DNA from: the human T2T-CHM13v2.0 reference genome, Homo sapiens
DNA: 64,000 nt
Assembly: GCF_009914755.1 (NCBI RefSeq)
Contig: NC_060946.1
Reading direction: 5' to 3' (one strand)
The position numbers were made by a program, and so were the translations under genes. Below are positions 50,202 to 64,000 of this stretch, one piece after another (the stretch's first letter is position 1; each line of letters begins with the position of its first letter). The notes below the pieces were generated by a model that made no database searches, was not told the DNA's origin, and worked only from the letters and a program-made list of their open reading frames with translations.

Positions 50202-51029
50202 TATACATATTTTTTCTTTCTTTATATCCTTATTCTATAAGCTTTTATCTATTAATTTTTTTTTTACTTTGTGTTAAAAACCAAGACATAAACACACACC
50301 TTAGCCTAGGCCTATGCAGGGTTAGGATCATCAATATCACTGTCTTCCACCTCCATATCTTGTCCCATCGGGAAGTCTTCAGAGGCAGCAGCACACAGGG
50401 AGCTGTCACCATCTATACTAATAATGCCTTCTTCTGGAAAACCTGAAGGGCCAGACTGAGGCTATTTTACAGTTAACTTTTTTTTTTTAAATGTAAGTAG
50501 AAGGAGTACACACTGAAATAATAATAATAAAGAGTATAGTACAGTAAATACATACAGTAAATGACCAGTGACATAATCATTTATTATAATGATCAAGTGT
50601 TATGAACTATACATAACCGTGTGTGCTAGAATTTTACACGACTGGTAGCACAGGTTTGCTTACACCAGCATCACCACAAACACATGAGTAATGTGTTGCA
50701 CTATGACACTATCATGGCTGTGACTGCAAGGAGGCAGTAAGAATTTTTCAGCTCCATTATCATCATATGACACCACCATCCTATATGCAGCCCGTCCTTG
50801 ACAGAAACATCATTATGCCTCACTTCACTATAAGTATCCAGCAATCCTGCTGAAAGCACTTATTATTTAATCATTTATTTGCATGTTTTATTTTATTTTC
50901 TTTATACGTAACTTTATCATCTGTGAATAACAGCAATGTTATCTCATCCTTTTCAATGTTTATAGCAATTCTTTTTCTTGTCTTACTGCATTGACTAAGA
51001 CTTCCATTACAATGTTGTATACCTGGGAC

Positions 51030-51375
51030 TTAATACAAAGTCTGGCAAGGAGAATCTCTCTCCCCGGGAGAATCTGTCCCAGGCCTCTGTCCCGGGTCTC
51101 TGGTAGTAGCCAGAGGAGTTCCTTGGGTTGGGGCTACATCATCCTACTCTCTGGTCTTCACACATTCTCTGTGCTCTATGTCTGTGTATTCTCCTGCTCT
51201 CTACTTTTAGAAGGACTTGCCATTGGAGTTAGGGCCCCTAATCCAGGATGATCCCATCTCAAAAATCCTTAATTTAGTTATATCTACAAAGACTTTTTTT
51301 CCAAATAAGTCATGTTACATGTTCTGGGCATTCATATCTTCTGGGGGTGGGGGACACTGTTCAACCTACTACATG
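51030..51375 (-). mobile_element. MLT1-type solo LTR
   Basis: taatccaggatgatcccatctcaaaaatccttaa...caaagac..tttccaaataag...ttcaacctactaca. Confidence 0.78.
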
Positions 51376-51592
51376 GAGTAATCCTTAAACACAATGTTAT
51401 TCTCACCAGATTCCTATGGGGTTTTCTTTTCTAATTCAACAGACCTTTATAATGTATTTATTGAGCTCACACAGAAGAGAGTACCCATTAGAATAATCTA
51501 AGAAAACTATGTAAAAGAACAATGGGAGAAAATGTGCTCCACCACCTCTCAGAATATGCTAGAATGTAACTGTGATTAAGATAGTCTGGTGG

Positions 51593-52842
<1,250 letters not shown>

Positions 52843-53685
52843 TCAGCAATGCTAACCCCCACACAGAAACCACAGAGGAAAACTGAGACAGGACAGGAAT
52901 TGGCAGACCACAAGAAATACAGACAGCCAGTCAACATCTGAAACGAAGCTTCCTGGCAAAGGAATCAGAGGAAGGTGAAAATCACAGGCTACTTAGTACC
53001 CATCAGATTGGCAAAAATCTTAGACAATGATAACATCAAGCCTGTGAGGACATAGACGAACAGGCTTAGATGCCAGTGGCGAGAATATCAATCAGCAAAG
53101 CACTTTTTTGGGACAATTTGGTAATGTGATCAAGCTTTAAACACGATAAATCCATCCAATTGTATATATCTATTTTCAGGAAGCCCTGGCACAGATATGC
53201 AAAGACTTGTCCCAAGGACGGTCACCACTGAGTCACAAGAGCAAGAAATGTAACATGACCCACACCCCCATCCGTCCCTACCACAGGAGATTTTGCAGAA
53301 TTTTCTCAAACTGTATCGAGGCAGCTTCCCGCGTGCTCCTGGTCCCCCACCCTTGGGACACCATCTCCCAGCATCCTCTGCTCTCGTCCCTCAGAACCCC
53401 AAGCCATTAGGCGCTGGCCCGGGATGGCCCTCTTCTGGATCCTTCTCATCTGTCAGACATAAAACCCCTCCACCGTCTGCAAACCCCTCTCCTAAAAGCC
53501 AGAACCGTGCCTCTTCCTCTCCTCCAGAACACGCCAGGCTCCAGGAGTGACCATCACCACCCAGCGGCCGCCCCCACCACCCTGAATGTCCATTTCCACC
53601 CCATGCCTGGCTCAAGGCTCAGCGGCGACCTCTCCCGCTTATCTTCCCAAACGGGTTGTTTTCTGTGAGTCCGGACTCTCTGCTC

Positions 53686-53813
53686 TGATCCCACCCCAGC
53701 CCCTGATCCTCCCAGCATGATCCCACCCCAGCCCCTGGTCCTCCCAGCATGATCCCACCCCAGCCCCTGGTCCTCCCAGCATGATCCCACCCCAGCCCCT
53801 GGTCCTCCCAGCA
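53686..53813. repeat. 32-bp minisatellite, 4 copies
   Basis: tgatcccaccccagcccctg(a/g)tcctcccagca x4. Confidence 0.95.
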
Positions 53814-54599
53814 TTGCTCAGCAGGAAAGCTGGGCTCACGGTGTCTGCAGGACTCAAGGAAGGGACATAACTGCGACAAAACCCTGGCGCCCGGTTTTCA
53901 GCACCGCGCTAGGTTTTAACTGCCTGCTGGAGATGACCTTTTATATGGAGCCGCTGACAGCCCCCTCCCCCATGGCGCAGAGATCACATTTACAGCGGTG
54001 GCGGTAACCATGGAAACTGGCAGTCGGTGCAGGAGGGCGAATGGTTGATGGGCAACCATGGGGACAATGGCAAGGCTCTGGGCTTATTCAGATGACTGGG
54101 GTGTGCTGAATGGGCTCTGAGCACAAAGGCCACTGGGAGCTCTGGGAGCTTCCAAAGGGGGCGTCAATGACACCCATAACTTGTCACAGAAGAACAGAGG
54201 CCCGAGCTAGCCCACACCTGTGTTTTTTGATCTCTGGGGGAGTTTACAACAATGACTCTGCAGGCCTTTTGTCAGATGCCATTTTTCTTACTTTATTATA
54301 ATTATCTGGTCTGTTTTCTGGGTGACCTGGGAGCCTTTGACTGCAGTTTCAGAATGAAGCTCACCACCGTGTCCCCACAACTGGAGCTGCCCGGGAGGCC
54401 AGCAGCAGGTCAGGCCACTACATTGCGTCTCTCAGGCTCAGAACATCCCCCATCTGCGGGCAGAGCTGTCCTTGTAAGCACGCCCATGATGGGACCCGAA
54501 AATCAGCCCATTTACATGCCAAGTGCTGAGAACCCTGTTTCTAACACCCCTCCAGAGACCCAAAGATCTGAAATGTTAAGATGTTTCCACTAAGAAAAG

Positions 54600-55108
<509 letters not shown>

Positions 55109-55581
55109 TAAGAAAAGTTTTAAACAGACATTTAAATAAGCTAATAGGAGACCTTTTCGTGAAGTGGCATCTCATAGGAACCTACGGAAACACGCAAATA
55201 TCCAGCCCTGAAAGCTGAAAACAAGCTGTGAGCCAAAACACTGTATGATGTGCTTTTTTTCCTTCAGTCAATGCAACAAAGATCTGAAATGTTATTTGTT
55301 TTTAAATGCCAAACATCACTCCCTTCAACACTGACATCTCAGATGAGCAATAGCAGAATGGATCTTTCCATGAACTCCAAGAGTAATTCCCCAAAAAGAA
55401 TTCCCGAAGAGTTCCCCCGCTGGCACAGTCATGGGCTTCCTTGTCTTGAAGAGAAAACAAAGAAAAATCATCTGATCTGCACCCTCCAGGGAGTAATATG
55501 TGACTCACTTCATTCTGAAGGAGCAGAGGAAGTTCATTACATTTTTATAAACTACTCAGAAAACTGCCCTGTAGAAAACAG

Positions 55582-56152
<571 letters not shown>

Positions 56153-57346
56153 TTACTGAGAAACTGGTGATCAAAGTCACTAGTGACAAAGCTGACTCTT
56201 CCGAAGCCCCAGTGGCATGGCCAATACTTTGCTTTGTGCTTTACAAATCCCTGTGAAATTGGTCTCACCACCCCACTGTCACATGGGGAAATCGAGATTC
56301 TCAGAAGCTGAGTGACAAACCTGAGGTCACCAGGCAAGTGACAGATGAACCCCATGATCATAGCCCCACACTCTCCTGACTCTCTCTAACTGTTCCCCCT
56401 TAACATTAACTATTAAACCACCCTGGCCAAAATCGGCAGCAAGGTGTTTTTAAAGAAGCATGCTCCGTAAGAGGTGGTACAGCCACTGCTGACCTTAACA
56501 TAATTCCCGGGAGACAGCAAGCTGCACAAGAGTGTGCACCCCGGGAGCAGGTCCCCGCAGGCCACGGCACTCGGAGAGAAGATCAAAGGCTCGAGTTGGA
56601 AGTGCCCACTCCATGGGCAACTCCAGGACACCCCCCCTTCTCCGTGCCCACCCTCTGCAGCAGCTTTGTCCCTTAACAGTCGGGGGAGGCTCTCTCCTGA
56701 TGAGGTAAGTGGCCTCAGATGGCCTCAGATGGACAAGACTCAGCTTAGCTATAATCACAGGACAGGGACAGGACCTAAGAGCCAAGCAGACTTGGAGCCC
56801 TTGGAATAGAGGCCAGCCCCCAGCAATCCAACCTGCCTCGCTCCAGCCAGGAGGGCAGCAGACCCTTTGCTGGGAGATTCAGCCTCTGCTTCCAGCGACC
56901 CTTTCATGCCAGACGCTACCAGGGCAGCTGAGAGGGTGCTGAGCACGCAGGACGGGAGCCACACCTGTACTTCCTTCTGTTTCCCAGCCTGGGTGCACTG
57001 ATCTCCCCTCCCTGCCATCCCCATGGTGGTGAGGACACAGGGGAGGCCCCTACAGCCGTCCCCACTGTGACCACGGGAGGCTACTGAGACACAGGAAGAA
57101 CCACATTCACTATGAACTCAACCAACTGCATCCAGCGAGAGGAAGCCAAGAGGCCCGAGGCCGGACCAGGCACTTCTTGATCCGCCCGTTCCTTCACTTA
57201 AGCCTCATGCAACCCTACGGGGTCAGTATTACTGTCCCTATTTTTAAAAACCGAAAACGGGGCCCAAAGAAGTTAAGCAAGTTGTCCAATGGCACACAGA
57301 AGCCACTAATGAACAAGACGGAGATCCCACAACAAAAAATATTTAA

Positions 57347-58200
<854 letters not shown>

Positions 58201-58577
58201 TTATTTTTACCTACAGGATTAGAAAAGAATAAAAGAGCTAATCTCTCCAATGAGGATGAAAATATGGCAGATTTCATCTTCACACACGGCTGGCTCTAGT
58301 ATTAATTAGCACAAATATTCCCGAGGCCATTTGACCACGGTTATCAAATGTGAGGTATGCAAATCCTCCGCACCAGTAATTTCACTTCTGAAAATTTATT
58401 CCTCAGCAAAACCTCAAAAGTTACTCACACACACACAGACCACACATCAAACTAATGTTCCCTGAAATGTTATATGAAAAAGAAACTTGGAAACAAATAT
58501 AAAAAAGAGTGCTGGCTGAATATATTGCAATACATCAACACAGTGGAAAATGAGGCCATCTCAAGAGAGCAAGGAAA

Positions 58578-59812
<1,235 letters not shown>

Positions 59813-60504
59813 CTACTGACTACTGACGGATTGCTGGGTTCTGGATGGACATGCAGAGCACCCGCCATGATCCCTCCAAGCCTGGCACCTCCACCGTGCC
59901 TGGCCTGGGGGAGCAGCAGAGCCCCGCAGGCCCTGTTGGGGTTTGGGGAGGCCCCACCTCCCTCCTCAGACTTACTGAGCCCCTCAGTTTCCCAGATCTC
60001 AGACTTGGGCTCAACCCCTGCAGGCCTCACACTAGGCCTCCCTTTGTGTATCACAGTCCAGCAAGAGTCCAGCCCAACCGGCCCTGCCTCAGGTCTGCGT
60101 TCTGCCAGCCTCAGCCCCAGCCCCAGCCCCCCAAGTCTCACAAGTCCAGAGAGCTGTCTCACCTCCTGGAATTCTCACCCATTTCCAAGACCACTTCCTT
60201 AGGGTGATGTTTCTAGGACTTTCAACATCTACATTCTAGATCAGTTTTCAGGGCATACCCTCCCTACCCGCAGTGACGCACAGCCGCTGAGACAAGCCCA
60301 AATCCAGAGTTACGTTCTAATTTTAAGATCTCTGTGCCACCATCCAAATGTGGACAGATGCTGAGATCTCTCCGGAAAGATGCCCGATAACAGGAAGCTG
60401 AGGCCAAGCCCGGGGGTGTCTTCTCCACGGTCTGTCACCCGCACCACCAGGACACAGCCTGCACACACAGGAAGTCCTTTTCTCCAACACATAAAAACCG
60501 ATTC

Positions 60505-60950
<446 letters not shown>

Positions 60951-63101
60951 CTACCAAGAAGACACCATCACTGCCTCCCCTTCAGCAGCCGAGGCAGGGG
61001 GCCCATGATGACCCCCACAGCACCCCGAGCAGCTGCAGCGTACTCCAGCTGCCCCAGCGCCTCCCTCCCTCCCCGGCCTCTGTGTGGCCCTGGCTCAGGT
61101 GGGCTATACTCGGTGTGCCCCAGGCCCCAACAGCCTGCGGTGTGAGTCCCAGCCCAACACTCCTCCCCAACCCCTCACCAGGCCACGTGCACCCCTCAGT
61201 GCAGGGGCCCCGCTGTGACCCGCCTCCTCCTCCTGCCTCGCCCGCAGTCTGGGCTCACAGGCTGCAGTCTGGACTCCCTCTCCCATCCCTGAAACTTGCT
61301 GGCTGTGCCGCCCGAAGCCCCGCCCCTAGAGTACTGGGGAGCCTGTTCAGTGGGGCAGGGGCCCCACTACAGGTGAGCACTGTGAAGCCGGCGAGCCTGC
61401 CTCTTTCCCAGAACCTAACACAGCCCAGAGTACAGTGGGCAGTCAGAGGAGGCACTGGGGGGGCTGCATGGAGAAAGGACATGGCTACCTCCTCACACCC
61501 CCCTACCTCCCACCTCAGCCGTCCTGTGCCGTGGCCACCCATCTGGCTGTTCCCAGGCCGTAGGCTCCTAGGTGGGATAACCATGCTGGGGATAGCTTGG
61601 TCCCGCCGGGATAGCCCTGGCTGCCAGCAACGCTGTCATCATCACTGCCCAGCTCTGGTCCTGGCCCACAGGCCTTCCATAAACCGGCACAGCCTGTACA
61701 TGCCCCTTTGTGACTCGGCCCTGCAGGCGTAGACCCCCTCCCCCACGGCTCCTAGGACACCAGCTGACCCCCTCCCACCCACTCTCGCCACTCTCGCCCT
61801 GCCCTGGCCACAGAGGTGAACAGATCCTGGGCGCCAACTGGCCCCCGCGGGACAGAAGCCAGCCCTGCTCGTCCACACACCCAGCAGGTGTGCGGGAGGA
61901 TTTGCCCCGGGAGGAAGGTGAGGGTGATGGGGGTGGAGGGTGGGATGGGAGGGGCACATGGGCCCTGCTTCCTGCCTGCTTCCCCCTGACCGTCCCCTGC
62001 GTGGTGGTCATCCCCACCCTGTGGCCCCCCCACCCCCGCCCCTTGCTGTCCCCTCGCTGTCCCCTCACTGTCCTCCTGCCAGAGCCCTTTGTTGCTGAGC
62101 ATTTCTCACAGCCGGGGTCCCCTCCCCACCAAAGGGCCTCACTTACTTGCCAAATTCCAGCTGTCCCTCAGCCCCTTCACCGTGGCCTCCCACCCCCTCA
62201 CCGCCTGGGGCGTCCAGGGCTCAGGGAGGGGCCTCTCCAGAGCCACCCCCACCCCATGGCGCGTCGCCTTCCAAGGCGGTGTGAGTCTCAGTTTGGCTGG
62301 AATTTAGAAATGTCAGATTTCTAAGAATGAATATGTTAAACAGTTTATAAATAACACAATCCCCATGGGAATGCCGAGACACGCCTGCCGCGTGAGAATG
62401 GTCTCTGAGACCCTGAGACGTTCCCTGTGTCTGTGAACCTGGGAAACTGGGCCCCGGGGACCGCCATGCAGTCAGACCCTGCTGTTGTCTCCGCCAAGGC
62501 CAGCGGCTACGATGGTCAAAGCAACCCCGAGCTCCCAGAAGGCTCCAGGATAGCCACGACCCTCACCTCTTTCCAACCAGTGGCCTCCATCTGGGCAGGA
62601 CAGGCCAGCGCTCAGCCATTTTCTCTGCTAGATTTTAAAGGCGTCATGATCACACGACACCTCCTAGGCATCCTGTCCCTGTATCTGGCACCCCTCCAGT
62701 GCCCAGGGCCTGCACTGAGTGAGGGGCTGGGGGGCTGCGAGGACACTTCTCTGCTCCCATGGCCAAGTCCTAGAGAGTCCCCAAGATGGCCAGGTTCACA
62801 GGCACCACAGGGTCTGGACAAGGGGGTGCAGACCTGCCAAGCGGGGGCTCCAATGACCCCATGTGCCATGACACCTGCAAGGCAGCTCTCATCACGGCCT
62901 TCTACAGATGAGGAGATGAGGTGCAGAGGGGGTGATGGGTACCCCAAACCACTGAGCAGGGCAGGGTTGGGCCAAGCCAGCCTCCTCTCTACCTGGGACC
63001 CACAGGCTACTGTTCTGTCGGTGTTGGTCACTGCGTTGTCACAGTGTAAGGAGCCCTGAGCCCATGCCACTGGCCATCCAGAGGGCAGCCCAGTTCCATG
63101 G

Positions 63102-63309
63102 CAGTCATCTCAGTGGGGGAGAGGGGCTAGGGGACATTTGGCAAGGTCTGAAACATTTTGGGTCATCTCAACTGGACAGTGGGTGCTACTGGACCCCATT
63201 ACGTGGTAGGTAAAGGCCAGGTCACTGCTCTGTACCCAGCAGTGCTCAGGATGTCCCGTCACAGAGGCCCTGAACATCAGCAGTGCCAGCGGTGCTGGGG
63301 GAGACCCTG
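63102..63309 (+). mobile_element. MER20
   Basis: aggggacatttggcaaggtctgaaacattttgg...ggtgctactgg...aggccagg...gagaccctg. Confidence 0.8.
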
Positions 63310-63924
63310 CTGTCAGCTCAAGTGAGTAGTGAGTACGGGAGTGAGGTGGCGGGGTCTGTGGGGCTCCTGAGGATGGCTGGCCTCAGGGAGCTGGGAGGAG
63401 GGGTTTCACGAGGGGATGGCTGTGGGGGTCAAGAGGGTAGCAGGTGCGGCAGGGCAGTACCCATGCACAATGCAGGGGCTCAGTCCAGGGACCCGGCACA
63501 CAGGTGAGTCCTTCTCCAAGATGTCATGATGCGTCCAGTGAGGAACGAAAGACACGAAGTGCCCCGCTGCCCGGCTCCACTCACAGGGTGCAGGTGACAA
63601 GGCTGGGGACTTCATGCCACATCTGGCCACAGGGCTGGAGGCCATGCAGGAGGGACAGCCCATGTCCCTTTCCAGGGCAGGAGGCAAGAACATGTCCAGA
63701 AGGCTGGCTCTAAAACCAGTGAACTGGGCTAGCTCCTAACCCTCTGCATCCAGCAGACGAGGACGGCCCACGTGGCACCCTCTGCGTCTGTCTCTCACCC
63801 ATTTAGGTGAAGTAATAATAACAGCTAAGGTCTTCTGGTATGAAATAAAAAAATGATTTTTTTAAAACGAGGGATCCAGGCTCAAGCATTTTCAGGAAAG
63901 GAAATATCTAGTTGCTCAGCTCAT

Positions 63925-64000
63925 GCCACAGAGGCCAGAACACACCCCCTTCCTGAGCCACAGAGGCTGGAATGCACCCCCTTTCCGAGCCACGGAGGCT
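63925..64000. repeat. Start of a 32-bp tandem repeat (cut by window end)
   Basis: gccac(a/g)gaggc at 63925, 63957 and 63989. Confidence 0.85.

Noticed and set aside
53686-53813. 32-bp repeats (also 48694 and 63925) as CRISPR-like arrays
   Set aside because: Head-to-tail with no unique spacers, in a eukaryotic context with no cas genes; ordinary minisatellites.
53937-53948. CArG/SRF box at ccttttatatgg
   Set aside because: Eight A/T bases between CC and GG rather than six.

Overview
Primate, most probably human, genomic DNA from inside the CELSR1 gene (flamingo-type adhesion GPCR, planar cell polarity; human 22q13.31 from memory), transcribed on the - strand. The only protein-coding segment I can support is one 639-nt, phase 1/1 exon at 15332..14694, which I take to be exon 2. 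It encodes the end of the last cadherin repeat, the adjacent non-cadherin domain and two EGF repeats. Everything else is intron: about 47 Alu copies or fragments (about 30 on +, 17 on -), MaLR LTRs, old L1/L2/MIR fragments, four MER20s and a Tigger3-type DNA transposon. There is also a full-length processed pseudogene of FAM136A (about 32928..35075, - strand, with TSD, lost start, premature stop, 3'UTR and poly(A) signal) and several tandem repeats, including a 2.36-kb near-pure homopurine VNTR growing from an L2 tail and a G-rich 35/30-bp VNTR. I see no convincing novel gene system; nearly all listed ORFs are repeat or GC-content artefacts. The most unusual signals are (i) several short locally copied segments (49 bp, 57 bp, a 206-bp inverted copy, a snap-back duplication), the first three 91-94% identical, sitting at repeat junctions and suggesting old templated-repair events; (ii) the stop-free, frame-symmetric exon, which as a circRNA would be an endless ORF; (iii) the giant purine/pyrimidine tract; and (iv) candidate intronic enhancers, including an RFX X-box cluster. 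Repeat subfamily names and boundaries are by eye and approximate.
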